Positions 24,670 to 37,270 of a DNA stretch of 64,000 bases are shown here, piece by piece. The stretch spans positions 2,418,001-2,482,000 of the forward strand of contig JAYWIR010000022.1 of the NCBI GenBank assembly GCA_036172245.1, given 5' to 3'. Origin of the DNA: Raillietiella orientalis. Taxonomy: Eukaryota. A program made the position numbers and the translations under genes. The notes beneath the pieces are model-generated. The model was given only the letters and a program-made list of their open reading frames with translations, was not told where the DNA came from and did no database searches. The number at the start of each line of letters is the position of its first letter. Positions within the stretch are counted from its first letter, which is position 1.

Positions 24670-27600
24670 GTTGGTGCGGTTCCTTCTCATTCGTGACAAC
24701 CCTGCTGCCTTCTTCTCTTCAGCGAGCCGGACTCATTGGGAAGACGCGGATTCATCACGCGTCCCGGAAGCTGTGCTTCCTACGCGAAGGGGTTTCAAAA
24801 AACGCACACCTTCATGCATTTCTTCCGTTTGGTACACCAATTCGAACCGCCTTCGTACACGCGACACCAAAGGAGAAATGCGTTTCGCAGCCAGCAGGCG
24901 TGCAGCCAGCTGATGGCACGTCCAACAATGCCGCCAAAAAGGAAAAGAAAAAGAAGGGGGGGGGGGAATACACGCAGCAGCACACGCGTGTTCCTCTCCT
25001 TCCTTTGGAACGTTATCCATTTTGCCGCTGCCTGGAGTCATCAACGAGTTCTTCAGCCTCTTGGTCTTTGTCGTCCTTTCAGCAGTCCCGCCAATGATGA
25101 CCTTCTGCAATAAGGGAATCGGCTGCCGTCACTATCAACACGCGGCTGCAAGCGTCGCTTCCGCGCGAGCGTGGCAGCATTCAATAAGTGTTCGAAATGT
25201 AGTGCACGGTTCCTGAGCCCCTTCTCCGGGATTTCGCATCCAAATCATCCTACGGGAGAAGAATCCCACCATCTGCCATCACCTGAAAAAATTTTCAGGG
25301 CGAAGAAGGGTACGAGCAAAGAAGCACGGTGCTTTCTTCAACAAGAAAGCTGAAGCTGCCGCTGAGATGTAAACCCATCTTTCAACGATCGGTTTGTCTT
25401 TGAGAAGTGAATCAGGATTCCTATTTGGCTTCGGGTTCTCTTCCTTCAATTATTGCAGTGTGCCATCGCTTGCAAATTCGAGACGTTCCTCCTAACTGAT
25501 GGACCATTTTAAACTTTAGCCGTAATCTTGAATTACTGGTCCCTGAGACCACTTTGTTTTTATGAACCTACTAATTACCCCTAAACAAGTTAACAAACAG
25601 CGAGCTATCGTCTCCCTAACGCAAAAGCGAACCCTAAAAACTCACAAGGGGGCCCTAAATTTAGGTTCATTTCTTTCACGGGAAGGCAAAAAGGGCATTA
25701 ATTATCTGAGGATACTAAACATACCAAACCGAAAAACAATGCGAGCGGAGAAAATTATATGCAAACAGTAATTCATCAAAGATGTTTCACGGTGCTCCTT
25801 TTTGTCATCTCCTTCACTTATCCCTCCTAGCAGCTGCCTGCCTCAGATCATTTGCAGCGTGCCCTCAGCAACGGCATGGAACACGAGCGACTATCGTTAT
25901 TTTTGCTTCAGATCACTGCTGTCACTCTTCGCTGATCTTCTGATCGTTCTGCGGCTGCTGCATGAGGTAATTGAACGATTGGGAAAACAACTTAATCAGT
26001 GCAGTGCGTGTTTCGGGAAAAATGTATGCTAAACCGCTCTTCTGCAGATCCGCTTCAAGTGGTCGCCACGAGCGAACGAGGGGATGTTAAAGCCACGAAT
26101 GCAGACGGAATGTTGATTGTCCACTCATTCCGAGTAATCTGATAATCGCGAGATGCGTTCGGGAGAGGTCATCACCGAATCAACTGCAGACGAGCTCTGG
26201 ACCAGACTCAAGACTGACACTGGCCAGTGTCTAACAGGCTGACTTGATCCTTCACTGGGTGTTTCTTCCTTAGAAGTTTCTAAAAAGAGGGAAAGTGGGG
26301 GGTTGGAAATGGTTCGATTAACATTCTGCGTTTTTCAGCTTTGATTTGCTTTGAGGCAATACAAAGCAGCAGCAGCAGCAGCAATGTTTTGTACTTGGCA
26401 CTGCCGCTTTTCTCGAGAATAAGTCACGTATGCAAAATAAGAGCAGAGAGAGAGAGAGACAGAGACAGAGAGAGAGATGGAACTCTGGAAACAAAGCAGA
26501 TTTCCATGTGCCCTGCACTGTTTTTTCCACACATATGCTGAGAATAAAATAAACAGATAGCTATCCGAAATGATACCTCCACTAAATATATATGACTGTG
26601 AACTTTTGACAACTTTTCTATTTATCCAGAATGCATCGAATCGCAGATTCCATTCATCCCATTCCTATGGCGTGTACTGGTAAAAAAAAAAAAAAAAAAA
26701 AAAAAAACGTGCGTTCGAAACGTACCATCTGTGAATTCAGTCAGTTTTTTGGATCAGATGGCCTAAATGGCAGCAGGAACTGGATGGAACTCTAGTGTTC
26801 CCAGGCCATCAGCTGAGAACACTTACTGCGAAGATTGTGTTGCACTTTATTTTCTGCTCCCCTCTCCCCTTCCCCGGAATAAAGCGCAGCATTCACAATT
26901 ATAGTGTGCCTGTTATTGAATGAAGCGTTCTTCCTTGGCGTGCTTCCTTTCCAGGATTTCATCCGCTGGGAACTTGAGCTGTAAATGCTCTTCAGGGCTA
27001 ATCCACTTGAAAAAATCCTTTCCCTTGTGTTGCCGATGTCGTCTGCATTCTTCGGCGTTTCGGCAAGCGAGGAAACAACTGCAGCTTCTTCACTTGTTGC
27101 TTATTTATCGAAGATCGAAAACGATCCGTCTTTCACACGCATTTGCTTGAAATCTCCGAAAAATCACCCATCTCATGATGATCAGATAGCGCGTTCGGGA
27201 AATTCCTCAGAATGCTTTCGATCTTTTTTATTTGTCTTTGAAATACTTAACTTATACCAAGCTGAAGAATCATCTCTTTTTCTTTTGGAAAAGATTCGCT
27301 TTAAACTTTTCCCCATATTTGCAAATTATGTCATATAAATGATTTTTCTTTTTTTTTTTTTTTTTTTTAGCAAACTTGATATCCTCGAAATTAAAGCAGG
27401 AGCAGTCGCATTCTTAAGCAAAGAGAGCAGCTGCATAATGCAGGAGCATATTCCATCTATCTCTAAAACCGGAGCAGCTCCGTGATCTGTTTACAAGTTA
27501 TTTTTAAAGAATCATTTTGGGTGCTGAGTAATCAGTGATCTCTTCATAACCGTTCCGTATTGCAGAGTGATCTTCGGAGATTGGGAAACTGAAAGCACTC

Positions 27601-29399
27601 CCCTCTCAACGGAGGGAAAACCTCATCGGCGTTGCTGCCGAATATTCGTGAGGACTCTGAGGTCTCTTAGATGGATCCAGAAGCTCCGAGACTCCCAAAA
27701 GAGACACAAAGCCTCAAGTGGTATCGGTCTCAAGTGGAAACACGTGAGTCTTCATTAAGCAATTGGGAGCACAAAATTTGGGGAGTTTTGCTTTTCATTG
27801 TGGAATAACTGAAATGATTCTACCAGGGAAGCAGGTGAATGAATGCACCGTGAACAAGAAGAACAGAATGTGCATACTTTCTATAGCCGCCGTTAGTAGT
27901 TTCCAATCTCTCGCAAGCTACTTCAAAATAAGTATAAGTAGGTAAATACAATAAGTGAATATTCAAACTAAACAAAAGAAGCAGACATTCCATCTCTGAT
28001 TTCAATTACCCTCTGTATGGTGATGAACGATCTACCTAACATCTTGGTCGTATGAGTCGACCTAAATATCATCTACTCCTCTTCATACTGTTTTTGAATT
28101 TCGTTTTCGAAAACATCGCTCACACTCCTGTTTGCTTTTCAAGACTCTGATAGACCTCCTTTCAAAATTTCGAAATTTTTGTTGCTGATCACAAATTCCA
28201 CGATTTTCTTGAGAAGAAGAACATGAAAATTCTATGAGCTTCTCTAAGATGTTGAAGACCAAAAGCTCTCTTCCTCACAGGTAACTCGGTATGACAACAA
28301 CTGCTTGTTTGGAAATCGGATTGATTGGTGGTCACAAGAATTGCATTTCCCCATGTAAATCTTTTGAAAAGGCCACAGGTTGTCCTCACTTCATTCATCT
28401 TCATTCAACAAAATATCCGAGAAATAAATCTTTACAGTCGACTGAATCTTTGATGGAGCAGTACACCGGATGGAACTTCTGAAAAGATTGTCATCTTCTA
28501 CTTGCATTCGTACCATATTCACCGACTTGGATACAACGTGTTCTGAACTGAATGCACGTAATGATCCTATTCGTTTACACGATTCCCGAACAGGTGTTCC
28601 ATTTCGAATCGGAACTCATTTTTGTTTATTTTACTAAAACGTTTTAAAGTCAAGTTGAGAAATTCGTTCCCCGTATTAATTTGGGCCTTGTTTTGAGTGC
28701 TTCTATTGAAACGTACAGCTCCCTTTTTTTTAAAACAGCACTGGAAGGTCAAGTGATGATTTCTCAGTTTTCTGTTGTTAGGCATACTTTATAGTAGTAA
28801 CCTACAAATTGACGATTTTCGTTAATTCTTAAGTTCAGACTTTCTTATTTCAATAAATGAGTATGAATCTGGATAGACTATGTATACGCAGAAGAATAGC
28901 ACCAAAGCACAGCGCATGCATAAATACAAAATATCTGGAAATCTGTGAAAACATGAATTATAAATAGTAGATATGGGAGAAAACTGCTCTCCTTGGATCT
29001 CTTTAACAAACACTATGCTTCATAAAAGTGCGTGCAAATACACAAAAATAGTATCAAATGCAAGGCACATCAAACATCTGATGCGTTCTGTACAACCAGC
29101 ATATTTTTCATTTCCAGGAGTTCAGCGGCGTTTCAGAAATTCTTATAAAAGTGTTGCTATACAGTACTTTCTCATTTGTATCTTTAGCTCCCAAAGCCAG
29201 AGAGTGCAGAGGAGTGCATTTCAACGTTTTCCTACATATAAATAAAAAGTTCTCAATAGCTCCTCAACTTCATGACTCCTTGTAACAGCATCTTAGATCA
29301 CCTACTTGTGGTCATTCACCCTGCCGAATATGTAATGACCTTTTTTTCCTTGACTTTTATCTCTTGAAACTGTAACATTTAGCAATCAAGATCTGAAAT

Positions 29400-30060
29400 G
29401 TAAGGTTTGGGAACCAAAGCTGCTGGTGATACCCCAGGAACTGAAAGATCTTACAGCTTGCAGACGGTCGAAGCAAAACCCAAGAATGTGTTTCTTCGAC
29501 ACTGGGGAGGAAGTGCTCAGTTTGCAGCTTATTTGTGCTTTGATAGTTTGTGGCGGGCGACGTGCTACGAGAATTTTCATGCCGGCAGGGAATCCCAAGG
29601 AATCCTACGGGAATCCCGGTGCATGCTTTGGGTCGTCACGAATGGCGTGGCTTGTGGTCCCCCTGTTTGCCCCATCGGCCGGCTGTTTACGCCGAGCTCC
29701 TGCGAAACTTCTGGTAGGGTGTGGTGCGCCGAGGTGGTCCCGGCAGCTCTGCTGCGTGGTGGGGGTGCAATGGGAACCCATTCCTGGTAAGTGCAGGAGA
29801 GGAGGAGGAAGCGCATTTTCGAAACGGATGGCATTGCGCCCAATAGCATTCCCGGAATGCTGCTGTGGCATCTGGTGATCCAGCATGATGAATATGGATC
29901 TGGACCGGAGACCAGTGGGATTCGAGATCAAGTACTCCGAAAGCATGCTAAGGGGAAGGTGCTTTAGTAAGCTGTTAAACCAGTGACGCAAAAAAGCAAC
30001 AGCAGTTTTTTGTTTTCGTAGAGTTAGTCTTTGAGGTCTTTCCACCCTCCTGTCAGCTTG
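29400..30060 (-). mobile_element. Decayed Ty3/Gypsy-like remnant (probable protease region)
   Basis: GC-richer island in AT-rich DNA. It shares patches with 58700-58745 (gaaacttctggta vs ggaacttctggta) and 60455-60520. Broken frames. Confidence 0.4.
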
Positions 30061-30271
30061 TCACCCTCATTTTTGCGTGTAAACACGGATCTTTCTTTAT
30101 AAGCCTATTGCAAGGTCTTGGCTGACATGTTAGTGAGAATGACATGTTAAATAGACATAACCGTGCACCTGTTACGATCCACGTGGATGTTTGCTGACAA
30201 ATAAGGAATTTCTTGAAAATGGATAAATTTTTTGATTAAGTTCAGTCAACCTTCGCCCAGATTTCACGAAA

Positions 30272-33200
30272 ATGGTGTGGATGAAGAGATTAGGCATGCA
30301 GTGGAAATTAACATTGCAGGTGTTCATGACATTTATTGTATTATTCGGTGTGTCTCTTTATTTCCTATCAAAGGTAAGAAACGTTGACTTTGAAATAGAT
30401 TGGCATTCTTTGGTCTTAGATTTCTCCAAATGCATTGAATTATCCTGATGGTAGTGATTTTGCTTTAGATTTTCAATACTGGGGAAATATAGATAGTAAA
30501 TGTGATGTACAAAAAATGCAGTTTCGACTAAAGGAAATACTAAATATAAAGAGTAAGCCTTTGTTTTATATGTAATGCATTTTATAACTTGTGAATGGTC
30601 AGATATGGTAGCTCATATGTTACTCGCGTTTATCATACATTGATTTGCATCGTCAGTGTTTATGCAAATTAAATACATTATGCAAATGCAAATTCCTTAT
30701 ATGCATTTCTGTAAAGATTATCAAAGCAGAGAAATTAATTTCATTTAATGTCGTAAATATTTTAGTTATCCAATTTATGTGAAAGAGTGACATCAGTGTG
30801 AAACAAGTATACCAGAAGTGCAGTGTTTCCAATTTCACTGAATTGATTAATGAAAAGTATGAAATTGCAGGTTCAGTAAGCAATGAATTGCTAGACTTAC
30901 AATCAAAGAGAAGTAACTTACAAGTAGAGATTTCTTCTCTTACCCAAACAATTGAAAATCTGAAAAAAGAACATCATTTTCATAGCACAGAGTTGCGCAG
31001 AGTGAAGTTTTCTCTAGAAAGGGTATGTACTCTTTCATTTGACATCCTTTTAAACATCCTTTTTAATTGATTGATGCGTTTTAGTTGATTTCACAGGTGT
31101 AGAAACATTGTACAGAAAGAGAATTATTTTAAATTGAGCACTGAGCATTTCACTCCAAATTTGGTGAATGCATGCAGCTGAAAAAATAGTCAGGAATTTT
31201 TCAACTTGATTATTGTTCTTTGCTTGTTCCTTTTTCGACCTTGCATGTTGAAATGATATCCACTTTTAAATATTGATATTTTGTTTTATTATTAGATGTC
31301 AATATTCAATTTAAGTTGACAGGATTTTATGTTTAAAATTGAATTAGAATTGTGTAGTGGATATCACCTTTTAACTTCTGTAAGGTTTGTGATTTTTCTT
31401 ACCAGATAAAGTTGTTGACAAGTTTGTACCTTTGTTATTACTTTCTTTTTTGATTTTTGTGTATCATCAGAAATTCGGAATTCTCTCATGCCTATGCTTG
31501 GAACTATTTCATTTACAAATTATTAGGAAATGAGAAATGCTGTAGATACTGAAAAATGATTTTGCTACAAAAGAAAAGCAGTTTACGTTTCCAGATCCTT
31601 GCAAATGTGTCATAAGTTCACGGACTATTGTTTTTTCATTGTTGCTTAGTGTAAATGTCTGGTCATTCAAAGAATTTCATTTAGGATCCGTGCTGCTCCC
31701 TTGTGCTTTTAAGATTTCAATTCTTACATTTGTGACTAATGATGGATATGTGAAATTTTATCCAGGAGTTTTTTTTTTTTTACTGGTCTGAAAGATATAT
31801 AATTTGCATCTCTCTCTTAACTTCAAACTTCAGTCATATTTTGAGACCTTTCAATGAACGTTTTCTTTTAATTACTTGGTTTTATTTACACTTAACTTAC
31901 TCTCAAATTTTAATTGATGTTTGTTGCCATGTGACCAAAACTCATTGAGCACTGATGTTTGAATTCTGCAAAATCTGGAAAGCTCGAATTTTTCATTTAC
32001 ATGTTTATGTGTATAATAAGACACAGTGGTGAATTAATTTATCAAGTTACATTAAGATTATAAAAAGTTGCCCTATGAGATTTTTGTGTGTGTGTGAAAA
32101 AACAAATAATTTTGACTAAGGTAATCATTTAAGTTCGTAGTTAGTGGAGATTAGCATGTAATTGATAATTTGTTTTTGTTTGATTTGTTTTGCCCTCTTC
32201 AAAAAGTCTAACTAAAATGCCTCGAAATCAGTAATTTTGAAAATACTTTAACGTAGACCATTTGATGTAGCATAACTTCAAGAATTATGTAGCATCCACC
32301 TAATCATACTTTTGCATTTATTTATGTAAACTTTCAGATAAAGCTTGTACAAAAAGCCCAGCTGGAAAAACAGATTTCTGAACTGAGCCTAACAAGATGT
32401 GTGAAATCAAGTGCAAGACAGCCTGAAATAACTGTCAATCTGATACCTGAAGAGGGAAAACCTACATGCACTATGAGCACATGTTTCAGTCACTCTCGTT
32501 GCCCCATGAATTCACCATTTTCAATATTTATTTACAAAAAAGCCCAATATCCCTTTCTCGATGATAATGCAAGAGTTTTTATTGAAATCTTAAAGAAAAA
32601 CCCATATGTAACCGAAGATGCTCATGCTGCTTGCCTTTTTGTGGTTGTTCTAAGTGCTAACATGTCACAACCAGAGACGATCGAAAATTTATTAAAAAGT
32701 CTTCCTTTCTGGGGGAGTGATGGTCAGAATCATTTATTAATCACAATGCAAAGTGCTAACCAAGATTTCCTTTATAAAGTAAACACAGGGCAGGCTTTGA
32801 AAGCACAAACTTTCTTTCGTTCAGCGAGTTTTCGGAAAAATTTCGACATCTTACTTCCACCCATTTCATATCTTCTTCAAAGCCATGAAAAAGAAACTCC
32901 TTTTCCTTCACCAGCATGGCGTAATGTTTTCTTATCCTTCTCCGGCACTTGGAGTGGAAATTTTACAGAAGATCCCATTCTTTCAGATATTCATTCCCTT
33001 TTAAATAAACCCCCTGGTCATGAACTCTTAATCAATTCCTCCTGCCGTGCAGAACGAAAAGCTTTATTTAATGAAGATAATGACTGGTTCTTGTGTGAAA
33101 ATCAAAATGATAGGCATAGAATTTTAGCAGAATCCACATTTGCTTTGCTTGTTGCTCCATTCAGTGAATTTTTGACGTTTTCAATCGATTTTCAAATAAG

Positions 33201-34857
33201 ATTGTTGGAATCACTGATGGCTGGTGCCATCCCAGTTATTTTGGCAAACAATGTTGAATTACCCTTTGCTGAGTTTGTGGATTGGCAAAAAGCTTCCATA
33301 TTGCTATTTCGCTCTCAAGTGTCAGGCATACCTTATGTCCTTGGAAACATTGCAGATGCTGATGTTTTTTTTTTGCGACGCCAAGGTCATCTGTTATGGC
33401 AGTCTTACTTGAGATCTGCTGATGTAGTTGCATTTACTCTACTGACATTAATCCGCCAGAGACTAGGACTTGCTGCTCTTCCAGTTGAGGACATCCCAGC
33501 CCTTGGAGTTTTCAATGGCTCTTCCAATGTCTGTTCTTATATTTTGTCTACAGCCACTTTCATTTCTGTATTTCTTCACAGCCAGCAAAACTACATGTTG
33601 CAGAAGTGGAGACCGAACTGGATCCAGAGAACTTGGGACCAGTGGAAATTCCCTATCCCTCTATCCGTTTTTTAAGAAATGTAACTGTTCATCGGTTGCA
33701 TCAGTATGAATTCTGGAATATAGTTGCTGATCCTTTTACCATGTATCCTAGCTTGCCTTTTGACCCAGTAATACCATCAGAAGCTAGCATCTTAGGTAAA
33801 TTTAAACTTAAAGTTGAATTCAGCCTAGTGATTTTTTGTAGGATCAAGTGCTGGATTTCAAAATATTGCTCATGGTGCTGGGGGTTCAGGGAAGGAATTT
33901 AGTGAAGCTCTTGGAGGTGATGTGCCTCAGGAACAGTTCACAATTGTGTTGTTAACCTATGAGCGTCTGGGAACTCTTCTACAAACACTATCTCATTTAC
34001 ATGGACTGCCTCATTTGAATAGGGTGCTAATCATATGGAATTCGCCTAATCTTCCAGATATCCACACTTCTTGGCCAGACATTGGTGTGCCAATTCATGT
34101 AAAATAGTGTTGAGATTTTGGCACATTCTTATTGCTAATCAGGTCATTAGGACGCACAAGAACAGTCTGAACAACCGTTTTCTTCCATATGATGTAATTG
34201 AAACAGATGCTGTGCTTTCTTTGGATGATGATATTCACCTCCGCCATGATGAGATTGTATTTGCTTTCAGGTGATTCGAAGATAAGAAAGAAGAGATAAA
34301 AAAAACAACTGTCAATCTGATTTTACAGAGTATGGCGAGAAATGCGGGATAGGCTTGTGGGCTTTCCTGGACGATATCATAGTTGGGTAGGATATTGGAA
34401 ATACAAATCTGATCATGCTTGTGAGCTGTCCATGGTGTTGACAGGTATCATTGGCTGCCTGCTGCTTCTGTTTTTTTTATTCGTAACTTTCTTTGAAGGA
34501 GCTGCATTTCTCCATAAGTATTATTTCTATGCGTACAGCTACCTCATGCCACAGAAGATAAGAGATCTGGTTGATCAGGTGCAAAACTGTGAAGATATTG
34601 CAATGAATTTCCTAGTGGCCCACATGACACGCAAGCCTCCAATCAAGGTTACTTCACGATGGACTTTCACATGTCCTTCTTGTCCCTTAGCCCTTAGTGA
34701 TGCCCAAGAACATTTTGATGAACGGCATATGTGTGTTAATAAACTTTCACAGATGTATGGATACACACCATTAAGAAGGACTCAGTTCCGTGTTGATTCG
34801 ATTCTGTTTAAGACTCGTGTGCCAGTTGACAAGCAGAAATGCTTTCGATATGTTTAA
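30272..34857 (+). CDS. EXTL3: Exostosin-like 3 (rib-2/botv orthologue), heparan-sulfate GlcNAc transferase, 8 exons, 867 aa
   Basis: Exons 30272-30373, 30786-31022, 32338-33528, 33582-33795, 33842-34098, 34143-34270, 34329-34444, 34499-34857 total 2604 nt in one frame. N-terminal type II TM, coiled coil [13 protein letters not shown], exostosin domain, [29 protein letters not shown]64 motifs [31 protein letters not shown]-terminal KQKCF. The exon 2 acceptor and the start codon are least certain. Confidence 0.95.
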
Positions 34858-36259
34858 CTCGGTATCTAACCTCCATCAATCTAGTATTTAGGTCAAAAAT
34901 GGTCTGGAAACTTGTCATTGTGGTTGCAAAAGTGACAAATCCAATGACTGCCACCCTGTTGTATTATTTTGATGAAATGACACAAAAGTGAAATTTTATT
35001 TAGTTATTATTAGATGCATAAATGGAAGCTGGATGTTGATATGTTGAAACATGATGCATCTCAAAGGAAATAGTATGCTGTGTTTCACCAGCACATGATG
35101 ATTGAGCATTGCATTCGTTTGCATGATGTGGCCAATTGTGTGATTGCAGTGTGTAAAGGACCTACATTTGCAAGGCATTCATCAAAAACTGAAGAACAAA
35201 AAAAGTATTGACGGAATCGAAGGTTTTTTAGCATTAACAAGAAGCATTTTGACATTCATGGGCAGCGATGTTAATTAATTGCTCACGGTGAAATATGCAG
35301 CACTGTCAATAAACTTTGCATGCGTAAAATGGAGAACAGCAGCGTAAGCCTCAAGATGTTAGGACGCACCTGCACCTTGCCATTCTCTCTCCGTGCATGG
35401 GAACCCCAGAGTGCTGTACAGAAAAAAACGGGAGGGCAGGAGCGTTTCAAGGCCTCTCCGCCACCGTGCGTATGCTCGACTCTGCCAAGCACCGTTGCAT
35501 GCACCCTTCCAGAAGAACAAGTGATCGAAATGAACAAGTAATGGCTTCCTGCCTTCCCGGAAACACCCAAGGTGAGAGTGCACTTAGAGCGGTTAAGGAC
35601 CGCCACAGCCGACCCTATTCAAACCTTTACTGGTGAACGCCGCCGGTCGTTGGGACGAATACGGTGGTTGGCCAGCGGGCGTGTACCCCAAGTCCCCCTA
35701 ATGAAATATTACGATTGGCATGATGCGATAGTCATCAAGTAGTGCGAGCTAGGAGTGGGTGTGCAGTCACAGCACAGAATCAGAAAGGCTACCACGAAAG
35801 TAAAGAATAAGCTAAGAACTTTAGCAGAGTGAGAAGCTCCTTTCCCCATCCTGATGAAAACGACGTGCATGTGGAGCATTTACTTTTGGTATCCCTGCAT
35901 AGTGAGTCTTACGAGTTTGGTTTGAACATTTATCCCTACGCATTTCGATGGTGCATTTTAGTGAAAAAACATCCAACATAAAGCTTGTTAGAAAATATTG
36001 GGTTCAGCCTTTGCGTGCGTGCAATTTAACTCAAAAAATAATATAAATATACGCAGTTCAGTTTGTGCACACGATGTAATGTGAGTCTACATAGCGGCCT
36101 GTGGTACGTCATATTGCCCTGTTTTAAATAAAAATAAAAATATACATTTCGAATTTTTACTTCCCAACCCTTTGATTGTCCTTCACAGCGTAAGCATGAT
36201 TGATGCATCTAATCGTTTACTGTGCTTTCTGTTGGCTTCTGGAAGCTTCGTAAACGTTC

Positions 36260-37270
36260 ATGAACAGTTTGTAGACCATCTACCACGGGAGTATCTTCCA
36301 GCCCAAGTCCTTATCCGATCGGTCAGGCTGAACTCCCAGTGGAGGGAAACGGAGAAATCCAGTTCCCACTCCTGCAGAATCCCAGAGAATATCTATTCTG
36401 CATGACTGTTCCATGCACATTAGCCATGCCTGGTGTGCTAGACCTTGGACTTTGGATGCCGCAGATTCCCGGGGTTGTTCTTGCTCGTGGTGCCCACACG
36501 GATCTGCCAGTGTTCTGGATCCCGAAGATTCATCGCGTCTTCGACGAAAAGCTCTCTTTCTTGCTTCATCCATTATTCTCTTGGGTGCAGTGCGCCGCGT
36601 TGCAAACATTTGATTCCCCACTTGGCGTTGAGACCAAAGGACATCAGATCGTGTGCCCTTTCTTAATGGGAACGTTTTGCATTTCAGAAATCAGATTTCC
36701 GATCTCAGCTTCAGTCTTGGGGTCGCGCGTACAACAGCGCCCGTGGGGTGCTCCACGAGTAGGGTTTGCGTTCGGCTGAGCGGGTTGCCGCGTTGACCTG
36801 GAGCGGGTCATTGGGAGCTTTTGTGAACGTGTACAGGGGTCGTTGGAATCCTTGCAAGGGGATGGTTTGGTGCACCTAGGATCTCACAGCTGCTGAACCC
36901 CACTTCCTGGATAGGCGGATCAGGAAGCTGAGGAGGACATTCTGGTAAGTGTTCCCAATATGTGCACTAAGCTTCCGACGGCGCTGATAAGACTCCCACT
37001 CCAAGAACAGGCGTCCTCCTGGATCCACCTGGGCAGACATCTTATGGAAAGCACGTGAGTTGTAGAAGAGAGGGCCGGCACCGAACTATCCGTGGATCCC
37101 AGGTGTTCCTCGTTCTAGCTGAAAACAAAGAGGTGATACCATAACGTGCATCAGGTATGCTGGCGTAAAGTGGCAATGATACATGTACAGGAAGGCACCA
37201 TATCTTGAACACGGAGTGTTGAACACGATTTTCTTCTTTGAGCATGTTGGATTTGGATTCCTGCCTGCTG
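36260..37270 (-). mobile_element. Decayed LTR-retrotransposon gag/protease remnant
   Basis: Minus-strand IKCLQRGALHPRE (eroded zinc knuckle, parallels RLFQRGPLHPVQ at ~41190) followed by FPSTGSSA (eroded DTGS protease motif). Many stops. Confidence 0.45.

Noticed and set aside
24435..25097. 220-aa plus-strand ORF
   Set aside because: Antisense to TSP-A exon 1, with no domain features.
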